Assembly: GCA_903856085.1 (NCBI GenBank)
Contig: CAIOAT010000013.1
Coordinates: 39,430-103,429, forward strand
DNA: 64,000 nucleotides
From: Candidatus Omnitrophota bacterium
GTDB taxonomy: Bacteria > Omnitrophota > Omnitrophia > Omnitrophales > Aquincolibacteriaceae
Reading direction: 5' to 3'
Shown here: positions 38,205 through 47,396 of the stretch, in pieces
Position numbering within the stretch: position 1 is the stretch's first letter
Layout of the letters: each line of letters starts with the position of its first letter
The notes under the pieces: model-generated
What the model was told of the DNA's origin: nothing
The model's input: only the letters and a program-made list of their open reading frames with translations
The model's database searches: none
Made by a program: the position numbers and the translations under genes

Positions 38205-39058
38205 CTACTGAAGACTCAGGGTCTCGAGACGGGTCACACGATCTTCGATGGAAGGATGCGTGCTGAAAAGGGCCGTCCATCCCTTCCCGGAAAGCGGATT
38301 CACGATAAAGAGATGCGCGGTCGCAGGCACGGCATCACGCAGCGGAAGACGCTTGGAAGCAGCCTCGATCTTTCTGAGCGCACTTGCGAGATAAAGAGGT
38401 TCTTCGCAGAGCTTGGCACCGCCGAGATCAGCTCCGTATTCTCTGGAGCGTGAGATCGCAAGTTGGATGAGCATCGCAACAAGGGGCATCACGATCGATA
38501 CCATGATCCAAGCCAGCGGATGGCCGTTATCACGATCATCACGCTCACCACCCCAAAAAAAGGACCAACGAAACATGGAGGCGATCATGCTGAGTGCGCC
38601 GGCCAGGGTCGCTACGATCGAAGATAACAGGATGTCGTGATTCAGAATATGTGAGAACTCGTGCCCTAGAACTCCGGAAAGCTCCTCCTGATTAAGAAGC
38701 CCGACAATCCCGTGCGTGACCGCGATCGCCGCGTGCTTCGGATCGCGACCCGTCGCAAAGGCGTTTGCGGAAGCCGATGGGAGCATATAGAGCCGGGGCG
38801 CGGAATGCCGGCTTTTTCGGACAGCTGCCTTACAATCTCAAAAACCTCGGGCGCCTCATCTTTAGTCAAGGGCTGAGCCCGATGCATCGCGAGCGCGATC
38901 CTATCGCTGAACCAGTAAGAAACAAGATTCATCAGGCACGCGAAAAAAAAAGCAACCATCAAACCGCTCGGCCCGCCCAATGCATAACCGCAAAAAACAA
39001 CCAGAAGCGTCAGAAACAGTAGAAGGAATGTCGTTTTAAAAAAATTCGTCACACCCAT
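38205..39058 (-). CDS. htpX: zinc metalloprotease HtpX, split by a 1-nt frameshift near 38796
   Basis: N-part SYWFSD...AGIP; C-part NAFATGRDP, HEFSH, SRSREY, STHP; one extra C in the C4 run restores GIPRPRLYML. Confidence 0.92.
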
Positions 39059-39321
39059 CGCTTTTTTTGTCCTATCTCAACTCGCTATGACTTTAATGAG
39101 CGCCTATGTCCCAGGGGAGATCCCAACTCCCCGCAAGAGGCACCCCCTATGGTTTTTGCCCAGGACATGCTCGACAGCACCGGCTTCACAAGAAACGGGG
39201 CTGAAACAATACCTCCCAGAGGCATCCTTTTACTTTCTTTTTTGTTCTCCGGTCGCAGGAATCTTTTTATATAAATATGCCGGAGAATACCCGGAGGATA
39301 CTGATATCCCCTCGCGAAATT

Positions 39322-40503
39322 TTAATGCGTCAATTTATCGTAAACTTCCTGGCTGATAAAACCCTTTTTGAGGATGAAATCGAGTTTCTTCTGATTCTTC
39401 GGGCCGTATTTAGGGCTGGAGGGGCTTAACCGGTCCGCGAATGTTTTACCGGCAAGATAGTTGTCGTAAGCCGCGCCTACCCAAATCGCGAGATCCTCGG
39501 AAGCACATTGCCCGCCCTGAGCCCCCAGAAAACCGTTCTTGGTACTCGTCTTCTGGAAGTCCTGATAATACTCCTTCATATTCGCACCCTTAAAATAACA
39601 AGACGCGCCCGAGATAGTGGCCCACTCGCTTTGCTGGTCCGGTACGCCGAAATTGATCTTTAATTTATAATCGTAAAGATGGGCGGCCTCGTGAAAGAAA
39701 ACCGTCGGTTGATCATAAAGCGAACCTTTGAGCACAAGGCTCCCAGAGCTGGGGTCGGCATACCCGCCTTCGCCTCCTTTTAAAAAACGCGCGTCTTCCA
39801 CAAAAACAATATGCTTGATCGCCTTGGCAAAGCCCGCGGGCAATAGATCAATGTAGGATTTTATCTTGTCCCGGGACGCTTGATCCGGGAAATGCTGGAA
39901 CGCGATCCCCCGGTATTCCTCCTGAGGCGATTCGTCGACGAGCTGAGCCAGATCCGTGCATACCACATTTTTGACAAATGCTTGATCGGCCGGATCCACG
40001 GGAAGATCGCCGGACGCGGAAGCTTGAAAGTGATCAATCTCAAAATTATCTTCCATGCCGAGGCGTATGCAGGGGATCATCTTGGGAAGATCGCCGGAAG
40101 AATATAAACCCAATTTCTTGACCTCGAGCTGGTCGACGTAGAATTTTGAAGACTCGCCGTTCCAGGCGAGCTTCAGGCTGTGCCAGTCGCCTATTTTAAA
40201 ATCATAGGGATAGACAAACGCGGCCAACACGCAGCGCCCGAACTTTCTGTGAACGATCAGCTTGTCCTGAATGATCTGGATCTCGAAACTTTCCGCGATG
40301 TCCGAGGAAACTCCGAGCAGTAGAACATGGTTGTGCGGATCTTGGGAAATATTTTTCAAGAGTTTGACGCGAAACTCGAAAGTCCCGGAACCGGAAGAGA
40401 TGCTTTGATCTTGGAGATCATGATAGCTCGTCGTGAGCGCCGGGCACACCCCAGACGCCACAAACAAGAATAAACCCGCAAGAATGAAACTTTTTCTAAC
40501 CAT
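39322..40503 (-). CDS. exported protein with LamG-like domain and HExxH metalloprotease-like domain
   Basis: Signal peptide; GDWHSLKLAWNG...FYVD; FFHEAAH and a downstream EDLA. Confidence 0.65.
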   Translation of the reverse strand: MVRKSFILAGLFLFVASGVCPALTTSYHDLQDQSISSGSGTFEFRVKLLKNISQDPHNHVLLLGVSSDIAESFEIQIIQDKLIVHRKFGRCVLAAFVYPYDFKIGDWHSLKLAWNGESSKFYVDQLEVKKLGLYSSGDLPKMIPCIRLGMEDNFEIDHFQASASGDLPVDPADQAFVKNVVCTDLAQLVDESPQEEYRGIAFQHFPDQASRDKIKSYIDLLPAGFAKAIKHIVFVEDARFLKGGEGGYADPSSGSLVLKGSLYDQPTVFFHEAAHLYDYKLKINFGVPDQQSEWATISGASCYFKGANMKEYYQDFQKTSTKNGFLGAQGGQCASEDLAIWVGAAYDNYLAGKTFADRLSPSSPKYGPKNQKKLDFILKKGFISQEVYDKLTH

Positions 40504-40545
40504 GAACCGCAAACGCCTCCTGCGCTAATTACCGGTCTTGGGCTT

Positions 40546-40683
40546 TTAGCCCAATGGGCAGCAGCACTTACTAATCACTTCCTTGAGAATAATGAGGACG
40601 CCCAGAACCGTCAGAGCGACCTGGCCCCAGGTCACCTGCCATCAGGCGAACACGATCACCAGCACTCCCAAAACGCAGAACAT
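40546..40683 (-). pseudogene. small two-TM membrane protein with CCC tail, interrupted by in-frame TGA
   Basis: MFCVLGVLVIVFA*WQVTWGQVALTVLGVLIILKEVISKCCCPLG*; TGA at 40642-40644. Confidence 0.55.
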
Positions 40684-40998
40684 TTGATTATGGATCATGA
40701 CATTACCGGAGGATTCTAACACTGGTTTCAAATGTGGTCTATGTGTCCCCTAGTATTAACACTTTCTATTAACACTTTGACCAGTTGGTATCCGATGAAT
40801 TACTCCCCCGCTTGGGGGACTTTCACAACTCGCTTTTGACCTCAGAAGAGGTCGATATCCTCAAGATCCTGGCGAAGGAACTAGGGTTTGCTCTTGTTTC
40901 GCTGGGTTTTCGCAATAGTATGTTACCTGAGAGTTTGTTACGGTAAAACATATCCATCCCTTGTATCTAAACAAAAGCTATACTTAGGGAGCATGACA

Positions 40999-41628
40999 AT
41001 GCGAGAAAAAAAAGTCATCATTGCCTGTTTCTTAGGGCTGGCTCTTCTAACCCCAATGAGGTCCGCCATGGCGAAGATTGAAACACCGCCCTATCAAGTG
41101 ATCCAGAGCGCTGAAAAGATCGAGGTGCGGGAATATTCACCGATGATCGTAGCCGAGGTGGAGGTGGCAGGCGAACGCAGCAAAGCGATCAATACCGGCT
41201 TTCGCATCCTCGCCGATTATATTTTCGGGAATAATGCCCCGGGGCAACGCATTACGATGACAGCACCCGTCATTCAGCAAAAGGGTGCCAAGATCGCCAT
41301 GACGGCGCCCGTAAGCCAGACCCAGGACGGGGATCTCTGGAAAGTTCGCTTCACGATGCCTTCTTCCTACACGCTGGAAACTTTACCCAAACCCAACAAT
41401 CCGGCGATCAAAATTATAGCGACCCCTGGTCATCGCACTGTGGGGATTCGCTTTTCAGGATTCTGGACGGATAGGAATTTGCGCAAGAATTTAGAGAAAC
41501 TTGATACCTTTATTCAGACCCAGGGATTAAAAACGGCGGGAAATCCGGTCTACGCATTTTACAATCCGCCCTGGACACTTCCCTTTTTCCGCCACAATGA
41601 AGTTCTCTATAATCTTCAAAACGATTAG
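40999..41628 (+). CDS. SOUL family heme-binding protein, exported
   Basis: IETPPY, GFRILADYIFG, IAMTAPV, YNPPWTLPFFRHNEV. Confidence 0.92.
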   Translation: MREKKVIIACFLGLALLTPMRSAMAKIETPPYQVIQSAEKIEVREYSPMIVAEVEVAGERSKAINTGFRILADYIFGNNAPGQRITMTAPVIQQKGAKIAMTAPVSQTQDGDLWKVRFTMPSSYTLETLPKPNNPAIKIIATPGHRTVGIRFSGFWTDRNLRKNLEKLDTFIQTQGLKTAGNPVYAFYNPPWTLPFFRHNEVLYNLQND

Positions 41629-41671
41629 CAGTTCGGTCTATTTATTTACTCGAATGGTACCAGATACCGTT

Positions 41672-42316
41672 CTACGATGACCGATTCTCAGCCATACCTA
41701 TCACAAAAAGAACCGCATAATCTTTTTTGTTACAACCCTTGACCGAAGGCATTGAGATTCCAGGCGCTACCGGAAAAGCTGCTTTTTCTACTGTGTCCGG
41801 CGAGCAAGAAGCATTGTTTGCAACCGGTGTGTAGCGTGCTGCATGACAGGGCAGGTGCGTCACATCATAAAGCTTCACGCCATGATCGAGTTGCCAGTGC
41901 TGCGAACCGCTTTTGTCCATGGGGTCAACAGTGAGCACACTTGTTACTTTCTGCCCGCCTGTCACGACGTATTTTCCGGAAGGCAAAGGAAAGGTCGGTT
42001 TCTCCATAATCAGGCCGTGTTCCTCAAGCCACCAATCTTGTCTGTCAAATGGCCATTGTGCGAGGGCAACGCCTGTCGCCTTTAACTGCTTGTAGTTTTC
42101 CAACCTGCATCCTCGAGGACCTGGATCTTGACGCCACAACCCCCACAACGCTGCATCGTTCCCAGAGTTTGCACCCGGATCACCCAACGCCACAATGTAT
42201 TGCAAAGGAATGTGTTTGAATCTTGCCTGACTTTCAGCATTAGCAGATTGCACTAAGACAGAAATCATCATGACCATCGCTAAAAGTAAAGGGCTTAAAC
42301 GACTATTTTTTTTCAC
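41672..42316 (-). CDS. exported hypothetical protein
   Basis: GTG start with signal peptide; Trp-rich core (WGLWRQDPGPRG, DWWLEEHG); upstream TTGACA-15 nt-TACACT at 42406-42432. Confidence 0.7.
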   Translation of the reverse strand: MKKNSRLSPLLLAMVMMISVLVQSANAESQARFKHIPLQYIVALGDPGANSGNDAALWGLWRQDPGPRGCRLENYKQLKATGVALAQWPFDRQDWWLEEHGLIMEKPTFPLPSGKYVVTGGQKVTSVLTVDPMDKSGSQHWQLDHGVKLYDVTHLPCHAARYTPVANNASCSPDTVEKAAFPVAPGISMPSVKGCNKKDYAVLFVIGMAENRSS

Positions 42317-42623
42317 GTGATTCCTTATAGAAATCTTTACCTTAGGGTAAAAGCTTTTTTCAATATTCCATAGGCTTTGACGCAATTCAAGCAAAAGACG
42401 GCATAAGTGTAGCATATTATTTTTTATGTCAAAATCATGCCGTGACCCTGAGAGCGTGCGCCCCCTAGTCAGATGCTCCATAGAGGGAAATGGGGTTGCT
42501 CCATGGCCTCATGTGGTATTTTTGAGGCACTTGGACCACGCATCCACACGCACCCCCTCCGGGTGTTTCAATTAGGGAAATTTTGAGCTTTGCTTAGAAT
42601 TGGGCTAATTCCCAATCGCCCCC

Positions 42624-42968
42624 TGAAAACAGAAAAGGCTTAGCGATAGGGTCAGGAAACTTGGACGCTGCTACAACCAAGCGCATCAACCGAAAGCTAA
42701 GCCTCAGTGCGAGATCACCGGAAGGACGCTCGACTCCTTCAGAACAGCCCCGAAAGGCGGGGTGTTGCCAGTGAAGCGATTTTCTGGCGTCAGCAACCTC
42801 AAATAGGCCATTTGCTTTATCCAAACTGCCTCTAGCCTACGTCGGTCCTATGGGGGATAAAGCCCCTCTCCCTTCGTAAGCCGAACACGTCATGTCAAAA
42901 GAGCACGCCAAGAGCGGCTCCGTTACAGTGGGGGTTCAATCCCCCGAGCCTCCATCATCTCTTGGCCT
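42624..42968 (-). ncRNA. candidate large structured non-coding RNA (family unrecognised)
   Basis: Several 8-9-bp helices, an interleaved pair forming an H-type pseudoknot, and a final stem followed by a U-rich tract; GU pairs favour the minus strand. Confidence 0.45.
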
Positions 42969-43052
42969 AATAGAACCCTAGCAGACCGGGGATCAAAAAG
43001 GAAGGCCTGCGAAAAATAAATTCGACTACCCTAGATCGTCCCCGGCACGACG

Positions 43053-43295
43053 CTAGGATTTTTCCTGGTGAGTGGTACTGTCGAGGCGGTGGGATTCCTT
43101 CAAGTACTCGAGATTGGAATTGATCTTGCTATTGACCTCTTCATCCGCAGTCTTGTCGGCAACACCCGTCCCTGTTTTTGCTGCCATGGCCACCCGCCTG
43201 ACAACTCTTGTCCCGAAGAGAGCGTAGGCGGGAGAAGCTCCCAACATCGACGCTACCACCATTCCCGCGATCATACCTTTGAGGATCTTTGACAT
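43053..43295 (-). CDS. small exported hypothetical protein
   Basis: AAGGAG SD; signal peptide ending AYA. Confidence 0.65.
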   Translation of the reverse strand: MSKILKGMIAGMVVASMLGASPAYALFGTRVVRRVAMAAKTGTGVADKTADEEVNSKINSNLEYLKESHRLDSTTHQEKS

Positions 43296-43322
43296 TCCCG
43301 GGCTCTCCTTACGGCTTTTGTT

Positions 43323-43790
43323 TTACGAGACGATCTGTTTTGCTTTCCCGAGGTCCCCGTGCGCGTTCTTGAGATCCTCCCGGCACTTCGGGGCAACCTT
43401 ATCTTTATTCTTCTCAAGGCACGCCAGAATGCGGCCTTCTCCAATGGCGACCTTGGAGCATAATTGCAAGATGTCCGGTTTGCAGTCCGCGACAAACGCG
43501 TTTACATTATCGATGGCGTTCCTAAACTCGTTCTTAGCTTGATAAAGAGCGGTCAGGCACTGAGTCGATAATTTTTCGTTATGCGCGTAAAGGCACGCAA
43601 CGCCGCGTCCTTGCCCGGGAGTCACGGTCTGGCAATAAGTCTCGAGCTCCGTCTGACAAGCATTCTCGACCCTGTCGATATTCTTGTCCGCGAGTTTTTC
43701 CATCGGTCCTTGCGCCATGGCGGCAGAGACACCCATAACAAAAAGAATTCCTGACAGAATAATAACGTTTAAGGCTTTTTTCATAAACAT
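43323..43790 (-). CDS. exported cysteine-rich repeat protein (GLG1/Cys_rich_FGFR-like repeats)
   Basis: Two C-x7-C-x5/6-GxGR-x2-ACL-x10-C repeats after a signal peptide. Confidence 0.82.
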   Translation of the reverse strand: MFMKKALNVIILSGILFVMGVSAAMAQGPMEKLADKNIDRVENACQTELETYCQTVTPGQGRGVACLYAHNEKLSTQCLTALYQAKNEFRNAIDNVNAFVADCKPDILQLCSKVAIGEGRILACLEKNKDKVAPKCREDLKNAHGDLGKAKQIVS

Positions 43791-43981
43791 TGGAAGACCT
43801 CCCCTTAGCTTCGTTAAGTGTATATTTTAATCCGGTACTGATTTTAACGCCTCATGATTGTACCGTGGTACAAGTCAAGAAAAGCCGCGAACTCTTCGTA
43901 CTCTAACCCCTTTGAGAATGGTTTCAATGAATTTTTTGGACGATTTTCCGAAAAGATATGCGGATGCCGGCTCACTGTCGG

Positions 43982-44605
43982 TCAGAATCGGATACCGAGC
44001 TTGCGGAGGTCTTTAATGAGTTGCGAACGGGTTTTGAAGCGGATGGCGTGCATACCGGCTTTCCGGGCGCCTGCGATAAAACTTTTCATGTCATCGATAA
44101 AAACGGTTTCCTCAGGCCTGAGCTTGATCTTCCTCAGGACGCGGCGGTAGATCTTGAGATCGGGTTTGCGCGCGCCCACCTCATGCGACGGGAATTTCCG
44201 GTTGAAATGCCGGAGCAGTTTGAAATGCTTTTTGATGTGGGTGTAATGCATGTGGTTGGTGTTCGAGATCAGGTAAAGCGGGTAATGTTTCTTGATCCGC
44301 GCGAGCAGCCTGTCCATCCCCGGATTTTCCCAGAAGATGTCGTTCCAATAATATTTGAACGTTTTATAAGAAACCGGCTTTTTAAAGATGCGGCACGCTT
44401 CCCGGTAGAACTCCGGGGTCGAGATCTCGCCTCGCGTGTAGGCCTGCTCGAACTTGGAAAGAAAGAAATGCGCCCAGATCCTGATCTGGGAAATACCGCC
44501 GGCCGCGGAGAACCGCCGCGCGGCTTTCTTGACGTCGTAATTCACGAGCACGTTGCCGAGATCGAAGATGATGGCTTTGATTTCTTTATTCTTGGGATTT
44601 TTCAT
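43982..44605 (-). CDS. HAD family phosphatase (YihX-like)
   Basis: IFDLGNV, LISNTN, RKPD, FIDD. Confidence 0.92.
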   Translation of the reverse strand: MKNPKNKEIKAIIFDLGNVLVNYDVKKAARRFSAAGGISQIRIWAHFFLSKFEQAYTRGEISTPEFYREACRIFKKPVSYKTFKYYWNDIFWENPGMDRLLARIKKHYPLYLISNTNHMHYTHIKKHFKLLRHFNRKFPSHEVGARKPDLKIYRRVLRKIKLRPEETVFIDDMKSFIAGARKAGMHAIRFKTRSQLIKDLRKLGIRF

Positions 44606-44658
44606 CGGCGGGCATTGTAACACAATCGAAATTCGCGGGAAACGACGAACGGAAGACT

Positions 44659-45807
44659 TCAGCCGACAAGCTTGCAGAGCTGGCTCGTGATGAGCCCGAG
44701 ATACGTCCCCATTACATTGCCGAGTATCCCCAGGAGCAATCCGACGGGCGCAAGCGCGGGCTCATAAGCCGCGGCCACGATCGGCGCCGAGGCCGGGCCG
44801 CCGATATTCGCCTGGCTCGCGGTCGCGACAAGGCAGAGAGGAATCCGCGTGATGCGGGACACAATAAGAAGGAATACCGCATGGACCAGCACCAGAGCAA
44901 TCCCGGCCACGATCAAAAGCGGCGCGGAGAAGATGCCCGAGAGACTTGCCCGAGCGCCGATGGAGGTCAGCACCAGGAACAGGAAAAGATATCCCACTTT
45001 AGAAGCTCCATGGCGCTCGAGTTTCCGCAGGGACGTGAATGAAAGCAAAATGCCTAAGGTCGACGCAAGAATAATCGTCCAAGCAAAAGAACCGTTCCCG
45101 AAAACGTCCGCCAGTTTGTTCGAGATCCACGAGCCGCCAAAGGCCACGGCAAGGATCAGCGGAAGGAATTGGAACCGGGTTTTTTCAGGACCGGCTTCAG
45201 CGGCGGCGGTTTTCCGAGCCAGTTCTTCAACCACGCGAAGGTCGGAATGGTTCCACCGGTCATAAGTCTTTTGAAAACCCTCGAGCAGGATCAGAAGCCC
45301 CATCCACGAGTACGCCACAACCGTATCCACCACGATCATCGGAAAAAAGACCGCATCCGGCGTATGAATCGCCTCTTTCACCGCGATCATATTGGCGCTT
45401 CCGCCGATCCAGGAAGCCGAAAGCGCGCCGAATCCCGACCACGCTTCCGCAGGAAGCCATGGCTTGAAGATCCAGACCACAAGCGGCGCACCGAACATGA
45501 TCCCGGCACTTCCGGCGAACATCATGAGAAGCGCGGGCCGGCCGAGTTTCAGGATCGCCTTCATATCCGTCGAAATCAAAAGAAGGATCAATCCCGCAGG
45601 AAGTACCGTGCTCGTGATCTTCGGATAGATCGCGTGCTGCTGCGGAAGAATTCCTAATCCGGAAACGATCATCGGGAGAAAATAGATCCAGAAAAGCGGC
45701 GGCGGGAACCGGAAGAATTTTTTGCATTCCGGATGTTCGGAGAGGAAAAGAATGACCCCTTCGATCAATAGAAGCGCGCAAAGAATGCCGGAAGAGCTTT
45801 GAATCAT
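44659..45807 (-). CDS. DUF819 family membrane protein
   Basis: About 11 TM; SWIGGSANM, ASQANIGGPASAP. Confidence 0.9.
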   Translation of the reverse strand: MIQSSSGILCALLLIEGVILFLSEHPECKKFFRFPPPLFWIYFLPMIVSGLGILPQQHAIYPKITSTVLPAGLILLLISTDMKAILKLGRPALLMMFAGSAGIMFGAPLVVWIFKPWLPAEAWSGFGALSASWIGGSANMIAVKEAIHTPDAVFFPMIVVDTVVAYSWMGLLILLEGFQKTYDRWNHSDLRVVEELARKTAAAEAGPEKTRFQFLPLILAVAFGGSWISNKLADVFGNGSFAWTIILASTLGILLSFTSLRKLERHGASKVGYLFLFLVLTSIGARASLSGIFSAPLLIVAGIALVLVHAVFLLIVSRITRIPLCLVATASQANIGGPASAPIVAAAYEPALAPVGLLLGILGNVMGTYLGLITSQLCKLVG

Positions 45808-45812
45808 AAGGT

Positions 45813-46190
45813 CTACGAGAACAGCGCCCGGATCTTCGGGTGGGAGAAATAAAGGAGCCACACCCCGGGAAAGATCACGAACACCGAAACGCGGGGATGC
45901 AGCACGTTACCGATCCGCTCCATCAGAGTTGGCGACTCGAAAATCCAAAACGTCCACACAAAATGGATCAGGTAACAGCCCCACACCAAGGCCGCCACGG
46001 CCAGCCCCCAGCTGAGCCAAAGCGCCCACCGCTTGGACTTCCAGAGCCCCACAAAGCAAGCGATGATCGCGATAAAGATCCCGGCATCGAGAACCGTTTG
46101 AAAGGAAAGAAACCGGTCCGTCATTTCAACAAGCGCGTAGCCCAAATAACCCGCGAACGCCATTCCCAGCATAAGCATTGTTTTTTTCAC
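45813..46190 (-). CDS. small membrane hypothetical protein
   Basis: Four hydrophobic segments, embedded in the operon. Confidence 0.65.
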   Translation of the reverse strand: MKKTMLMLGMAFAGYLGYALVEMTDRFLSFQTVLDAGIFIAIIACFVGLWKSKRWALWLSWGLAVAALVWGCYLIHFVWTFWIFESPTLMERIGNVLHPRVSVFVIFPGVWLLYFSHPKIRALFS

Positions 46191-46217
46191 AGCATGTCTC
46201 CTTGCATTTTTTGGCTA

Positions 46218-47291
46218 TTAAACAGGGATAACACCGATGCCCATTTTGACTTTTCGAAGATCATAAACACCTGAACGGGTCACAAAATTGCCGCGCGTCA
46301 CCTGTTCTTCCATAAAAAAAGGCGCGTCAAGATCGATGAAATCAAAACCTCCGAACCCTGCCGCGAGATGCGCCGCCGCGGTGACGGCCAGCGGCGTTTC
46401 CATCATCGTCCCGATCATCAGCTTAATCCCGTTCCGCTTCGCAAGCCGCGCGATCTCATACGCCTCGAGGATACCCGTCTTCATGAATTTCACATTGATC
46501 GCGCCGGCAGCTTTTTCCTTGATCAACCGTTTGGCGTCCTGAAGCGAGGAGACACTCTCATCCGCGCAGACAAGTACTTTCCCTTCGCGCGTCACTTTTG
46601 CGAGTCCCTCCCAATCCTCTTTCGGGACCGGCTGTTCGACGAGGGCAGGTTTGATTTTAAGCCATGCCAATTCTTTCAGGAATTTGAGCGTCTGAGCGGC
46701 CGTAAACCCTTGATTGGCGTCAAGAAAAACCGGGCATTTGCCCGCGATCCGGGCCACCGCCGCGACGCGCTTGAGATCCCGGTCGAAATCCCGGCCGATC
46801 TTCACTTTGAAAGAACGGATACCGCGCCGCAGGATCTCACGCGTGGCAATCTCGGCTTCCGAAATATCGCCGAGCACCACGGTCATGTCGCTATGAAGCG
46901 TTCGCAGCCGGCTGCCAAAAAAACGCCACAAGGGCATCTTTTTTTTGCGCATCACAGCATCCATCAGAGCCATTTCAACCGCGGCAAGCGCGCAAGGATT
47001 CCCGGAGAATTTCCCTTTATATTCTTCCATCAGAGCCTGGAAATCCGCGATGTCGCGGCCTGCGATCTCAAGCGCGGCGGTCCTTAAATTCCCGAGAGTC
47101 CCTGCAACGGTCTCTCCGGTGATATGCGTCGCAACGGCCGCCTCGCCGAATCCGCACACGCCGTCCGAAAGTTCTATTGAGAAAAGAACGTTCTCGAGCA
47201 AGTCATGCTGGCCCTTCGCCGTGCTAAACGGCCGCGTAAGCTTCGCGCGCCAGATCTTCGCCTCTGCTTTTTTGATCGTACTTTTTTTCAC
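46218..47291 (-). CDS. L-Ala-D/L-Glu dipeptide epimerase (enolase superfamily)
   Basis: GFGEA, FKVKIG, LDANQG, VEQP, ADES, INVK, DLD. Confidence 0.9.
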   Translation of the reverse strand: MKKSTIKKAEAKIWRAKLTRPFSTAKGQHDLLENVLFSIELSDGVCGFGEAAVATHITGETVAGTLGNLRTAALEIAGRDIADFQALMEEYKGKFSGNPCALAAVEMALMDAVMRKKKMPLWRFFGSRLRTLHSDMTVVLGDISEAEIATREILRRGIRSFKVKIGRDFDRDLKRVAAVARIAGKCPVFLDANQGFTAAQTLKFLKELAWLKIKPALVEQPVPKEDWEGLAKVTREGKVLVCADESVSSLQDAKRLIKEKAAGAINVKFMKTGILEAYEIARLAKRNGIKLMIGTMMETPLAVTAAAHLAAGFGGFDFIDLDAPFFMEEQVTRGNFVTRSGVYDLRKVKMGIGVIPV

Positions 47292-47396
47292 GGATCATTC
47301 CAAGGTGAACGAAATTAAGTGTTTGGTTTTGCCAGGTTTTTTACATTATACTGTTTTCTGGGCCTTTAAAATACCTAAAGCGGGAGAGCGGACGAG

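Noticed and set aside
38790-38802. Split htpX as two genes or a phase-variable locus
   Set aside because: The break is in a 4-nt G/C run, too short for typical phase variation, and one added base restores a normal HtpX. It is the same error type as in hppA.
40642-40644. Selenocysteine or genome-wide TGA recoding
   Set aside because: TGA ends many genes in this window, and this codon lies in a TM context best explained by Trp.
42560-42775. Decayed ISLre2/ISKra4-type transposase (plus frame RKGLAIGSGNLDAA...INRKL)
   Set aside because: The resemblance to the GxxIGSG motif is short, interrupted by stops, and has no terminal repeats. It is not called as a feature but remains an alternative explanation for the structured region.
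42440-43030. Complete tmRNA, RNase P, SRP or 6S gene
   Set aside because: No tmRNA 5' end or tag ORF, no GAGGAAAGUCC, no contiguous SRP domain IV, and no single 6S-like rod could be found.
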